Source of the DNA: Eledone cirrhosa
Taxonomy: Eukaryota
DNA length: 64,000 bases
Reading direction: 5' to 3'
NCBI GenBank assembly: GCA_964016885.1
Contig: OZ024760.1
Span: forward strand, 13,206,001 to 13,270,000
In this document: in pieces, positions 1-14,532 of the stretch
Layout: every line of letters begins with the position of its first letter
Numbering within the stretch: position 1 is the first letter of the stretch
The notes under the pieces: model-generated
Seen by the model: the letters and a program-made list of their open reading frames with translations, nothing else
Told to the model about the DNA's origin: nothing
Databases searched by the model: none
Made by a program: the position numbers and the translations under genes

Positions 1-372
1 CAACAACTGGTCCTTTTCTTCCGATACCATTTGGGAAGAAGGATCAGGATGGAGAGAGAGGTGCTCCACTCCAGCCAGTTTTATCAAAGGTGGGTGAAAG
101 TTGCGAGAATGGCCCGTGTGAATGGGCCTTCTCTCTACCTCAGCCTGTAGGTGGAAAAGGAAGAAGGGAGCACCCTCTTTTTGTGCTCCCGTGGAGAAGG
201 GTCGCACATTTTTTTTCGGGGGTGTGTGTGACCCCAAAACGAGCCCTCCCTATTGAGAACCTTCTTGTTACAATTTTATTTATTACATTTTTCTTACTCG
301 ATTTATATGTAAACCCCCCCCCCCCCCCCATGTACATGTCCCTTTCTTTTGTGCCCTAGTGGCAAATAAACA
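1..372 (+). mobile_element. 3' end of a Tx1/L1-like LINE
   Basis: Frame 1 reads ...RIRMEREVL..QFYQRWVKVARM..* then a 3'UTR with AATAAA and a microsatellite tail. Homologous to 40095-40500 and 8170-8450. Confidence 0.55.
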
Positions 373-594
373 GAAATTTGTCTGTCTGTCTGTCTATCTG
401 CCTGTCTGTCTGTCTGGAGTTGATGATAATGTATTTGAGATTGACGTTGAGGAAACTGGGATATTTAAGACCAACCGCGATGTTATTTCTTTCTGTCAAA
501 ACTAAAGACTTCCAGTAATTACCTTTCAAACATTATTTGCTTTTGTTTTCGGCTTAGTTTTTACCTGCTGCTTGTTGTTGATATAGTTGTTGTT

Positions 595-625
<31 letters not shown>

Positions 626-641
626 TTGCTGTTGTTGTTGT

Positions 642-676
<35 letters not shown>

Positions 677-829
677 GTGTTGCTGCTATTGTTATTGTTG
701 ATGATATAGTTGTTGTTGTTGTTGCTGCTGCTGCTGTTGTTGTTGTTGTTGCTGTTGCTGTTGCTGTTTCGTTGAGTAGCTTCAGATTGTGTATTATTGC
801 GTTTTTACGTTTGCTCTTGACTCCTCCAG

Positions 830-861
<32 letters not shown>

Positions 862-922
862 ATATACATACATACATATATATATATATATATCTGTGTG
901 TATATATATAAATATATATATA

Positions 923-958
<36 letters not shown>

Positions 959-1023
959 TGCGAGTGTATGTGTATGTGTGTGTAAGCGGACTTTCCTGTT
1001 GCCGTCTCTATGTGTAGAAGGTT

Positions 1024-1185
1024 TATAAATAGATCCTTCAGCACGGCTGCCATTAGTGGAAGAGAAGTAGAGAAAGACAAGGAGTAAGAAGAAAGAACGG
1101 GTAGAGGTATGCTAGGACACCATATTTGCCGACACTTACCTTTCAAATTGAACCTAATGTAGTGTCAGGGGCTACATAGCAAATG
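1024..1185 (+). promoter_or_regulatory. Candidate TATA promoter and first exon (5'UTR + ATG) of the calmodulin-like gene
   Basis: TATAAATAG at 1024, Inr-like CATTAGT about 27 nt downstream, then AAATG|GTAACA at 1183-1191. An exon ending right after ATG (phase 0) is the conserved calmodulin exon-1 layout. A 17-codon uORF starts at 1109. Confidence 0.45.
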
Positions 1186-1239
1186 GTAACAACAACAACA
1201 ACAACAGCAATAGTAACAATTTCAAAGAGTTCCTGTTCT

Positions 1240-3492
1240 TTAACTCTTTAGCATTTAAACCGGCCGTATCCGGCCAGAACTCACACCTTTTTCTGTTCAA
1301 ACCGGCTGTAACTGACCATTCATACCTACATTAAGGTATTGTTCTCTTAAATAAATAGTATCAAAATCTCATAAATTCGATATTATGTGAGGTAAAACCT
1401 TTACTGTGAAAATACAATAGTATATATAGAGTAATGTAAATGTTATGTGAGATATTATGTGAGGTAAAGCCTTTACTGTGAAAATACAATAGTATATATA
1501 GAGTAATGTAAATGTTATCTGAGATATTATGTGAGGTAAAGCCTTTACTGTGAAAATACAATAGTATATATAGAGTAATGTAAATGTTATCTGAGATATT
1601 ATGTGAGGTAAAGCCTTTACTGTGAAAATACAATAGTATATATAGAGTAATGTAAATGTTATGTGAGGTAAAGCCTTTACTGTGAAAATACAATAGTATA
1701 TATAGAGTAATGTAAATGTTATCTGAGATATTATGTGAGGTAAAGCCTTTACTGTGAAAATACAATAGTATATATAGAGTAATGTAAATGTTATCTGAGA
1801 TATTATGTGAGGTAAAGCCTTTACTGTGAAAATACAATAGTATATATAGAGTAATGTAAATGTTATGTGAGGTAAAGCCTTTACTGTGAAAATACAATAG
1901 TATATATAGAGTAATGTAAATGTTATGTGAGGTAAAGCCTTTACTGTGAAAATACAATAGTATATATAGAGTAATGTAAATGTTATGTGAGATATTATGT
2001 GAGGTAAAACCTTTACTGTGAAAATACAATAGTATATATAGAGTAATGTAAATGTTATGTGAGGTAAAGCCTTTACTGTGAAAATACAATAGTATATATA
2101 GAGTAATGTAAATATCTGAGATATTATGTGAGGTAAAGCATTTACTGTGAAAATACAATAGTATATATAGAGTAATGTAAATGTTATGTGAGATATTATG
2201 TGAGGTAAAACCTTTACTGTGAAAATACAATAGTATATATAGAGTAATGTAAATGTTATGTGAGGTAAAGCCTTTACTGTGAAAATACAATAGTATATAT
2301 AGAGTAATGTAAATGTTATGTGAGATATTATGTGAGGTAAAACCTTTACTGTGAAAATACAATAGTATATATAGAGTAATGTAAATGTTATGTGAGGTAA
2401 AGCCTTTACTGTGAAAATACAATAGTATATATAGAGTAATGTAAATGTTATGTGAGATATTATGTGAGGTAAAGCCTTTACTGTGAAAATAAAATAGTAT
2501 ATATAGAGTAATGTAAATGTTATGTGAGATATTATGTGAGGTAAAGCCTTTACTGTGAAAATACAATAGTATATATAGAGTAATGTAAATGTTATCTGAG
2601 ATATTATGTGAGGTAAAGCCTTTACTGTGAAAATACAATAGTATATATAGAGTAATGTAAATGTTATGTGAGATATTATGTGAGGTAAAACCTTTACTGT
2701 GAAAATACAATAGTATATATAGAGTAATGTAAATGTTATGTGAGGTAAAGCCTTTACTGTGAAAATACAATAGTATATATAGAGTAATGTAAATATTATC
2801 TGAGATATTATGTGAGGTAAAGCATTTACTGTGAAAATACAATAGTATATATAGAGTAATGTAAATGTTATGTGAGGTAAAGCCTTTACTGTGAAAATAC
2901 AATAGTATATATAGAGTAATGTAAATGTTATGTGAGGTATTATGTGAGGTAAAGCCTTTACTGTGAAAATACAATAGTATATATAGAGTAATGTAAATGT
3001 TATGTGAGGTAAAGCCTTTACTGTGAAAATACAATAGTATATATAGAGTAATGTAAATGTTATGTGAGGTAAAACCTTTACTGTGAAAATACAATAGTAT
3101 ATATAGAGTAATGTAAATGTTATGTGAGGTAAAACCTTTACTGTGAAAATACAATAGTATATATAGAGTAATGTAAATGTTATGTGAGGTAAAGCCTTTA
3201 CTGTGAAAATACAATAGTATATATAGAGTAATGTAAATGTTATGTGAGGTAAAGCCTTTACTGTGAAAATACAATAGTATATATAGAGTAATGTAAATGT
3301 TATGTGAGGTAAAGCCTTTACTGTGAAAATACAATAGTATATATAGAGTAATGTAAATGTTATGTGAGGTAAAACCTTTACTGTGAAAATACAATAGTAT
3401 ATATAGAGTAATGTAAATGTTATGTGAGGTAAAGCCTTTACTGTGAAAATACAATAGTATATATAGAGTAATGTAAATGGTAAAGTGTTGAA
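1240..3492 (+). mobile_element. TTAA/piggyBac-type MITE with internally amplified satellite
   Basis: Begins TTAACTCTTTAGCATTTA and ends TAAATGGTAAAGTGTTGA (degenerate TIRs). Unamplified copies at 47771-47985, 48010-48146 and 49520-49714. Confidence 0.65.
1381..3478. repeat. Minisatellite with 60/72-bp units, about 32 copies
   Basis: Unit TTATGTGAGGTAAAGCCTTTACTGTGAAAATACAATAGTATATATAGAGTAATGTAAATG with an optional 12-bp insert. Source of the spurious 714/724-aa ORFs. Confidence 0.97.
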
Positions 3493-3853
3493 ATCCCTTG
3501 GCCAATGGCCTCTACCCCTCCTCAAAATCACCACCGACCTCAACCACCAGAATATATATAAATTCCACCATATTACAATGACTGTTGGCTTTCCTGGTTA
3601 TTTCTATTAAAAGAAACAGTTCTAGTCCTGTAGAAGCCATTTCTATATGAAATTTGATGTTTACACTCTACTAATGTATTGAGTACCTTACTGTTGTTAC
3701 CCCCAATTGAACCCAGGACACACACTACAGTTTGTAGTGGTGTCTTTAAACTGGTTCCTTGGGGATATTACTTACCTAGTTAAACGAGTTCTGGTCAGCT
3801 ACCAAGACCTTATACACTTTGGGAGCACGAGAAGTTATATGACTGTGACTGAT

Positions 3854-3888
<35 letters not shown>

Positions 3889-3929
3889 TATATATATGTA
3901 TATATATGTATATATATATATATATATAT

Positions 3930-4042
3930 ACAGGGTGCCCCCCCCCCCCCAAAAAAAATGCATACACACTTCAACAGCATTCCAATAAATAATGCCTGTA
4001 CAGGTACTCAAAGTGTGTATACATTTTGGGGGTTCACCCTGT
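3930..4042. mobile_element. Tc1/mariner-type MITE family (TA-CAGGGTGTCC... TIRs)
   Basis: About 30-bp TIRs; copies also at 6054-6134, 6398-6478, 38724-38877, 52441-52541 and 58170-58398. Confidence 0.75.
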
Positions 4043-4345
4043 GTATATATGTATATATATGAAGGAACGATCGACTTTCGTCAAATCGGACCGAGGAAAC
4101 AATGTTTCCGTTGGTCTTTCCAGTTGCTAATACTATCTATCAGTCTTGTGGAAGCCATATATATCTATCTATATATATATATATCTTTCACAAGACTAGA
4201 ACTGTTTCGTTCCAAAGCTTTCCTTATGATTTCTTTCGAATGAAACAGTTCTAGTCCCGTAGAAGTTATTTCTATATTACAAATTTATACTCTGCTATGT
4301 ATTGAGTACCTTACTGTGGTTACCCTCGATTGAATCTGGGATAAC

Positions 4346-4412
<67 letters not shown>

Positions 4413-4758
4413 GGGAACTCTGCTATGGTGTACCAAGAGAACTGCTACGGGGCATCAAGTCAGCTGCTGTTTTTGCTACAATTATGGAATTTTGTTGTCA
4501 AGGCAACACCTGTTTCTTGAGGTGTGACAATACTATGGATGGACGGTACTGTTTGCTAGCAACCAGCCCAGCTCGTCACTATTGGTAACGATGACGTCAA
4601 CAGAATATGTCGGAACCAATTCTAGTTTTCTCGCTGACATTTCTCGAACTACCTTCACTTGAGAAATTCTTCACCGAAATCTACCATTATTTCTTTCACT
4701 TGATAATTCCTCTACTTGATTGCATGCACTCATTTACACACACACACACACACATACA

Positions 4759-4799
<41 letters not shown>

Positions 4800-4876
4800 A
4801 CCCAGACACTCATATACGTATTCACAGACACACGCAGAGCTATACACACATGCAGACATACACACAGATACATACA

Positions 4877-4942
<66 letters not shown>

Positions 4943-4965
4943 GACTCATATACAGAGAGAAAGAG

Positions 4966-5002
<37 letters not shown>

Positions 5003-5006
<4 letters not shown>

Positions 5007-5415
5007 GGAGGTGAGTTTTATTGTAGTACAATAAAGCAATGCAGATATCGGGTAAGAAGCACTCTACAGTTTGTAGGACTGGAGTATACATAATATATAA
5101 GATCAAAAGATTGTTAAAAGAGTTCCATGTATTTTATTATGCGCATTTCAAAAACAAATATCATCATGCAATAATATTTGTGTTTTCATCAGATAAAATA
5201 GGAAGACATGATATGAAGGCTAAAAACACTTGTGAATAGTGCAGTTTTAAATCAACATATTTTGATTTAAAACTGCACTATTCACAAGTGTTTTTTAACT
5301 TTCATATCATGTCTTCCTATTTTATCTGATGAAAACACATATTATTGCATGATGATATTTGTTTTTGAAATGCGCATAATAAAATACATGGAACTCTTTT
5401 AACAATCTTTTGATC

Positions 5416-5420
<5 letters not shown>
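5003..5420 (-). mobile_element. Short PLE foldback, same family as 35844-38465
   Basis: Tail 5003-5095 plus about 160-bp inverted arms (5096-5255 / 5262-5420), inserted in (TA)n. Confidence 0.85.
5319..5386 (+). ncRNA. Type I hammerhead ribozyme; mirror copy on - at about 5131-5199
   Basis: ATTTTAT-CTGATGA(5326)-stem II-GAAA(5367)-TGCGCA-TA-ATAAAAT. Confidence 0.82.
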
Positions 5421-5506
<86 letters not shown>

Positions 5507-5578
5507 GGAGGGAGAGAGAGAGAAATGGCTTCTACAGGACTAGAACTATTTCATACGATCTACACACACACACACGCG

Positions 5579-5628
<50 letters not shown>

Positions 5629-6472
5629 TGTGTGTGTGTGTATCCGTGTGATGTTGACGGCCGCCAAAATGAGTACTCAATACCTCAGCTCCCCGTCCCC
5701 TCTGAGTTCAAATGTCGCCGAGATCAACCCTGTCTTTCGTCCTTTTGAAATCGATAAAAAAATGTACCAGTCTAATACTGGGTTCGATTCTTCATCTATA
5801 CCTTTTCTCACTTCCTCCCTATCATTCTCTCTCTCTCTCTCTCTCAGCCATGATTAAAATCCCCCAAAACTCGCCATTTTTTCACTATGGCCCCTTTTCA
5901 ACTCCACAAGGAGTTACGGGTTCATACATACATACATCCACACACATAGATGCATACATACATCCCCACATACCTACATATACACACTTACGCATACACA
6001 CACACATACATACACACAAGCATACATACATACAATCACACATACATACATATACAGGGTGTCAAAAAAATATATATACACACCTCAACAAGATTCTAAT
6101 CAATGTGTGTATACATTTTTGGAGAGACAGCCTGTTTTTTAAACAGTTAATCCTTCCATTTACTTTCAAACATTATATTTTCCAATGTTGTATTTTCCAT
6201 TGGAAATCTAGATCTTCCATTATCTGTTTTAAATTTTTCACTCTCAAACTACTTTGACGAGACGCCATTTTCTTTGCCTCGTTCAATATTTTTTACTCTC
6301 TTTTAAGATGGAATTAAGTTTTTTGCATGAATTGTTTGTGACTTTTTCATCACAAAACTTCTTTTTTCCCGTTGCTGTGCATTTTTGCCATTGCTTGCAG
6401 GGTGTCCCCCAAAAAATGTATACACACTTTTGTGTTATCTGCTGTTAAAGTATGTATACATTTTTTGGGAAC

Positions 6473-6569
<97 letters not shown>

Positions 6570-6951
6570 CTTTATATGTGTGTTATATAAATGGAATACA
6601 TATAAATATACTTATATGTACACACACATATACATACGTACACACACACCCACACACATACACATATCTATATATATATATCATATATATATTATATATA
6701 TAATACATATATATATACATAATATATATCTATATTTATATAATTGGTTCTACGTTAGGCACAAGGCCAGCAATTACGCAGTGCATTACTGGTACTTTAT
6801 TTTATCGACCCCATAAGGATGAAAGGCAAAGTTAACCTTGGCGGGATTTGAACTCAGAAAGGCAAGGGCCGTAACTCGGTGTCCGACCCTCTACCAATAT
6901 AAGTATGAGTGTGATTTTGCGTGTTTATTTTTTTTCTTTGTCTTAGCACAG

Positions 6952-7790
<839 letters not shown>

Positions 7791-8030
7791 TAGTTTATCC
7801 GTTTTTGCTGCTATTTTTCCAGGTTCCATTTTGGATTATTTGGTTTTTACGTATTTCTAAATATGCCACCTTTTCCCAGATTAAATCCAACTTCTTATAT
7901 TAGTGTTGTTGTTGTTGTTGTTGATGTTGATGTTGATGTTGTTGTTGTTCTTGTTGCTGTTATTGTTTCTGTTGTTGTTGTTATTGGTGTTGTTGTTGTT
8001 GTTGTTGAGGTTGTTGCTGTTGTGGTTATG

Positions 8031-8062
<32 letters not shown>

Positions 8063-8402
8063 GTTGGTGATGGTGGTGGTGGTAGTGGTAGTAATGGTGG
8101 TGGTGGTGGTGGTGGTGGTGGTGGTGGTGACCATTCTGGGAGTCGTCACCAGCACCATTAACAACATCACCACCAACATCATCAACATCGGTCACGGTCA
8201 CTGTGGCCTTTTAATGGGCTTTCTCCACAAATGTCCCTCCGAAGTCTCCCCCCTATTGGGGAATTTTTCATTGTTATTTTTTTGTTACATCCTCTGTTTT
8301 TGTTTTTTACACGCAGAAATGCCCATTTGTACCGTCCTGTATTGTCCTGTACTGTCCTTAATGTCTACTTTATGTAAATCCTTGTGGTTAATAAAGAAAT
8401 CA

Positions 8403-8445
<43 letters not shown>

Positions 8446-8687
8446 CATTATTAAGTTCTTTAGATGTAATTCGACAAATAAGGTTTCTAAAATTTCTATT
8501 AAATTCATAATTTCTAAGAATTTTCAAAGACGTCGTTTAAAAGAGAAGGAAAGAGAGAAGGAAGAAGAGAAAGAGAGAAAGAAAGAAGGGCGGGGTGGTG
8601 TGGTGGAAGCGAGGGAGGAGAGAAATAAATCTGTACTACACACAAAGGAGAAAGAGAGAAACTGACAGAGGCAGATGTGTGTGTGTG

Positions 8688-8722
<35 letters not shown>

Positions 8723-8873
8723 GCATGTGTGTGTGTGTATGTATGCATATGTATATATATGTATATATATATATATATATATTATATCGATAGATAGACA
8801 GACAGATGTCACCATGACTGTATGCTTTATACATTTGCATTACGTCAGTAATATGTATGTATATATATATTTG

Positions 8874-8939
<66 letters not shown>

Positions 8940-9189
8940 GCATAATGTTAAGAAGCAGTTCTACGAACAAAATGGAAGCTACTCAACTACTGAAGAGGTG
9001 TAATGAATCAATTGAATATTCTACTAAACTTGAAGAGTATTCTAGTGCGTTCATGTTTGAGAGGACGACGGGTGAGATAAAACTCCGCTAGATCTTTCTA
9101 GAATCCTCTTTACATCCTGTAGATTAATCAAATTTTATTTTTTCCATCGTAATTCGACTGACAAAATTTATTTTCGTGAATACATTTAA

Positions 9190-9600
9190 ATATTTATTTC
9201 CGTTGTTTTGTTGAAAATATTGATTTTCTGGGTTATGATGATATGATATTTCTCCGCTTTACATAGGTGGTAATGTCTTGCTCCCTTCATGTAGGACGTG
9301 GTATCACCGATGATTGACCAGTCAATATCGAAATACTTTATACTTTAGTTTTTGCAATTACCATATATCTCTCGTTAATACAGTGCTGTGTTCTTACTTA
9401 CTTTCATTTTTTCAGTAGAATTTATGTTGGAGTAATGCTGTTTGAGATGCTTTCATTAATACCGATGAAACATGTTTTTTGTTGCTGTTATTTATTGTTT
9501 TCGCGCTAGTAACTCCAGATGCTAGCTTCGTTTTATAGATAATGGCTTTGCTTAAGTATTCCCCGTTGAGATGACAGGTATTCAAAGTTCGTCAATTTTA
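9190..9600 (-). pseudogene. Degenerate PLE GIY-YIG endonuclease remnant
   Basis: Minus-strand translation with frameshifts: CHLNGEYLSKAIIYK...FIG...STVLTRDIW...IDWSII....Y..GAR...LCKAEKYHII. Confidence 0.7.
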
Positions 9601-11662
9601 TTCGGCTAAATGTTTTTTTTTATGTTTGTTCTTTCACAGTGTGCTCATTATTCGCCTGTATTTTCCGCACAACCACATGTAGTTAGCTAATGATGTATTT
9701 TCTGATTTGGGTTAAGTTATGTCAAGCAATATCCAATTATCCATTCTTGCAGAAGAGCGGGAGAAAACAGAGGGTGTTGCTTTTTTTATGGGTTTTTGAA
9801 CCGTTGGAGGTGCATAGCTTAGTGGTTAGTGTGCTGGGCCCACTTTGGTAAGGTCGGTGCCAACTCTACTATATTACCAACGCCAACACCAAGCCACCAC
9901 TATAATAACACCACCATCACCACTACAGTAACCCTACCATCATCATCACCACCACCACCACCACCACCACACTACTCCACAATCACATCATCATCATACT
10001 ACCACGCTACACCACCACGATCCAAGCCGCCGCTCCACGCCACTGATAACCTCTGTCGTCTCATTTGCTAATGTTCTGCACTTTTTCCTCTCTCGTGACT
10101 TTACATCCCAACACACACACATAGACATTTACACACACACACACAGACACACACACACACACTCTAATACATACACTGCCACTCATACACGTGTTTCTCC
10201 CTTCCAAATCTATTTAATTGCTGAAGTTGAGCTGCAATACCTATTATCGCTGTCAAAAGAATGACACCGAACTTTACTGAAGAACCGACACATCGTCTAC
10301 CTTTCCTTCTTTCTATCTTTCTTTATACCTTCCTCTCTTTCTCTCTCCCCTGCCACCCACCCCAGCTGCCACCACTACCGCCGCCCTTATTTCGCCATCT
10401 TCGATGTTTTTGCCTTCCCTTTCATTTCCAATCTCCATTCCTTCCGACCACCACCTTCTCCAACGCCACCACTACCACCTTCTCCAACGCCACCACTACC
10501 ACCACCTACAACAACAACAACACCTCCACTACCACCACCACCACCACCATCACCGTCACACACATGATCTTTTCCTATGTGTACCAGAAACACAACTCGT
10601 TGTCTCATCATCTTATCTCGAAAGATCTTAAGACTTAAGGTAAAAGAGTAAGAAGAAGAGGATGAAGAAGAGAAGGAAGAGAGTTAGTTTCTTGTTTTTG
10701 ACAAAGACTTAACGTTTAGTAGGCTTTACTTTACGAAACGAGAACGTGAATGGGAACGGGAATTGGAACGGGAATTGGAACTGTAAGATAAATGACATTA
10801 GAAGTAAAATATAACATATCTTGATGCGGTTCTGTAGGAAATATTACTAACAAGCTTGAGTGAACAGCAACTAGACAAATGTCTTTTCTTTATTCCTTGT
10901 TGTCTCCCTCTCGCCACCCCCTCACCCTCACCTCAGCCGTCTCCACCACCACACCACCTTCAACACCACCACCACACCAACACCACAACCACACCACCTT
11001 CTCCACCAACACCACCACCACAACCACACCACCTTCTCCACCAACACCACCACCACCACCACCACCTTCTCCAGCAACACCACCACCACCACCACCACCC
11101 TACACGCTTCAGTGAGAATCAACTAGACAAACTGTCTCAAGTTTTATTGGTGAGTTTCTTCGGTTATCAAGATGGAGAAAGTTCGGTGGAATGACAGAAT
11201 CGGTAGAGCGCCGGACAATGACGATCTTTTAGGTTCTGAGATCGAATCTCAACGAAGTCAACTTTGCCTTTCGTTCAACTAGGGATCGATGAAATAAAGT
11301 ACCAGCCCAATAGATGTATGTAGGGTCTTGTAGCTCCCGAGGGTGTCGTAGGGGGTTGTCGTGTTGACATACGGCGTTTCTAGGGTATTTTAAAAACCTG
11401 GAAGAGCCCATTTCTCCTCTCTGGGTCTGAATACAGCAGATTTCTCCAACAGAAGGAGAGAGTGTGTATGTGTGTGTGTGTGTGAGAGAAAGAGAGAGAG
11501 AAAGAATGTGTGTGTGTAAGAGAGAGACAGAGGAAGAATAGGCCCCAGTAACAACAATAAAAGCAACAATTACTATAACAACAATAAATACAACGACAAC
11601 AGAAAACAGCAGCATTGACAGAAAGGCGTGTGTGTGTGTCTGTGTGTGTGCGTGCTTGTATG

Positions 11663-11715
<53 letters not shown>

Positions 11716-11850
11716 ATAATAATGAGTTGACGGACCCAGAATATTTATCAATGCCAGTACCGGTTGTATCTCAGCGTACCCCATGGGCAATGTAAGATAC
11801 ATTCCCAGAGTATACACATAGTTATTTGCTTCAACACAACACACGTAAAA

Positions 11851-12413
11851 CGGAATTATATAAGTATGTACACGTACATACATATATGTATACAGATATA
11901 CAGTAGTATGTATATATATATACATACATGCACACATATATATATGTACGTATGGATTCACCGAACATTTATTATAATGCTCGGTGTGTTTGTAAACAAA
12001 CATCCCGTATTAAGCCGTAGTGTCTAGCAACCATCGTTGCTCGTTTGTTCAACACTGACAAAGGAACGCTGTACTAGTTTCAAGCTTATTAGCTATCGTC
12101 AGCAACGTATACCTACCTGCCAGATTGTTGAACGTATATACTTACCTTATGCATATTAACAGCTGAGTAGCCCAATTTGCATATCGAGTGGGTTAATCGG
12201 CCGGGTGCACCGAAAACGATAAACGGAAAAAATGAAACGAAATTTCATTTCCCACTCTTAGTACGGCTGTTACTTAAATATAAGTATGTACACGTACATA
12301 CATATATGTATACAGACGTACAGTAGTATGTATATATATATACATACATGCACACATATATATATGTACGTATGGATCCACCGAACATTTATTATAATGC
12401 TCGGAATTATATA
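11851..12413 (-). mobile_element. Retrozyme-like insertion: 1.3 copies of a 420-nt monomer with a hammerhead
   Basis: 127-bp direct repeat (11858-11984 / 12278-12404); CGGAATTATATA duplicated at both ends; hammerhead on - at 12066-12108. Confidence 0.72.
12066..12108 (-). ncRNA. Minimal type I hammerhead ribozyme
   Basis: ACGTTG-CTGACGA-T AGCT AATA AGCT T-GAAA-CTAG-TA-CAGCGT. Confidence 0.8.
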
Positions 12414-12525
12414 TATATATATATATTTAAGTTAACGAGGTATCGTTATATGTTTGTGTGTGTCTTTGTAATGCGTACTTTAGAATATAATATATCATAT
12501 TTTTCTTTTGCTTTATTTTTTCCAG

Positions 12526-12568
12526 AGTACCGAGCAAACGATAAAGTTGTCAGACGAACAGGTAACAG
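12526..12568 (+). CDS. Calmodulin-like exon 2 (STEQTIKLSDEQVT-E)
   Basis: Polypyrimidine tract + TTCCAG acceptor and G|GTGAGA donor, phase 0/1 as in calmodulin exon 2. LSDEQVTE aligns with canonical LTEEQIAE. Confidence 0.7.
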
Positions 12569-13509
12569 GTGAGATATTTTCTTCCATATCATTGATCAGG
12601 CAACAGGTATTTTCTAGCATGACAGAGAACAGGTGACATTTCTATCATAATATAGAACACGGTATGACATAACTTAGAACAGGTTACAGGTAAAAACATA
12701 GCCTGCCTTAATATAGAACAGGTAACAGATGAAATATTTTCTTCCATAACATAGTACAGGTAACAGGTAACAGAACCCGATGGTTCTATTCCTCACCTCC
12801 AAATAAAGATCAGACTGTCCTTTATCCTTGAGCATGTTAATTCGACCATGAATTAATACTTAATTTATTGAAATTATCTCCCTTTTCCTAAGATTTTTTT
12901 TTGTTTCTCTTCTCTGTCTGAGATAGTAATTTCAATAAATAAAGAATGTTTTTTATAGAACAAGTAACGGGTAAAGCATTACCTTTCATTATATAGGACA
13001 GGTATCAGGTAACAGAACACGATGGTTCTATACAATGCCGGATTTAGGACAAATGAATCCCTGTACTGGTTAAGCTATGAGGCCGCTTACTTGGGCCTTG
13101 AAGAATGTAGGCCCGGTAAAAAAGATATTTTTGGTAGGGAGATTGACTCCACTGGCCAACAGAGCCCTGTACTTAAGCACACCTAACCACAATGGTAAAT
13201 CTGGCATTGGTTCTATCCCTCGTTTCCAAGTAAAGATCAGGTTGTCCTTTTCCTTAAACATGTTAATTCAACCATGAATTAATGCTTAATTCCTTGAAAG
13301 TATCTCCCTACTGCTAAGATTTGTTTCTTTCTCTTCTCTGTCTGAGATCGTAATTTAAATGAATAAAGAACTTATCATTATGGCATTCAGTACATCCTTA
13401 AACTAATTTACTCACGCTGTTCTAAGTTATTCTAAAGAGTTTAACCTAAGATAACAGCTATTTTGGAAAGGTCAATTTATCTAATGATTATATATATATA
13501 TATATTATA

Positions 13510-13585
<76 letters not shown>

Positions 13586-13622
13586 ATATATATATATATA
13601 TTATATATATATATATATTATA

Positions 13623-13668
<46 letters not shown>

Positions 13669-13982
13669 ATATATATATTATATATATGTGTAGATATATA
13701 GATGTACACATATATATGCAAATATATATATGTATGTATATACAAATATGTATGTATATATATATAAACATGTAATTATTTATACATGTTTGTACACACA
13801 GAAATATATATATAGACGCTATTAATGAGATACATTTCAAGACCACACTCAAGACATCTCGATATAAATATCAATATATGTAAAACATATATTCCACAAC
13901 ACTTAAAGAAATTGTGCTACAACTTACAGTATATGCTTAACATTTAAATACAGTTAACGAACAATAAAAGACAATATATATA

Positions 13983-14054
<72 letters not shown>

Positions 14055-14055
<1 letters not shown>

Positions 14056-14228
14056 AACAGTTAGTTCACCATACCGAGAACAATTGTTTCACTTTAGCGG
14101 ATCCGCTAAGGTGAAACAATTGTTCTCGGTATGGTGAACTAATTGTTGTCTAACCACTTCTACCTAACTCGTCCCATGGACTGAGTGCTCTACCACTACG
14201 GATATTACCTTCCAGTGTTCTACCACTA
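14055..14228 (+). mobile_element. Foldback element (94-bp palindrome + tail) in (TA)n
   Basis: Palindrome 14055-14148 centred on GGATCC; contains GAAA-CAATTG-TT, a possible half hammerhead. Confidence 0.6.
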
Positions 14229-14242
14229 TATATATATGCGCG

Positions 14243-14276
<34 letters not shown>

Positions 14277-14454
14277 CGCGCACCTGTTGGTTTCCACTTC
14301 TAATTATTACAAATTTCCGGTTGGCTGGTTCAATAACCGGATGGTTGTCAAAGCTCTTTCGTCACACATTCTGTAACCTCTTCTGTGACTCTCCCCAAGT
14401 ATAACAATATCTGTTTCAACACACGCTTTTAGATAAGAAATCTTGCAAAACAAA

Positions 14455-14532
<78 letters not shown>

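Noticed and set aside
1381-3478. CRISPR-like regular array (also 23571-24924)
   Set aside because: No unique spacers, no cas genes, eukaryotic context; these are plain minisatellites.
1361-3543. 714-aa and 724-aa minus-strand ORFs
   Set aside because: Translations of a 60/72-bp satellite whose units are multiples of 3; no domain content.
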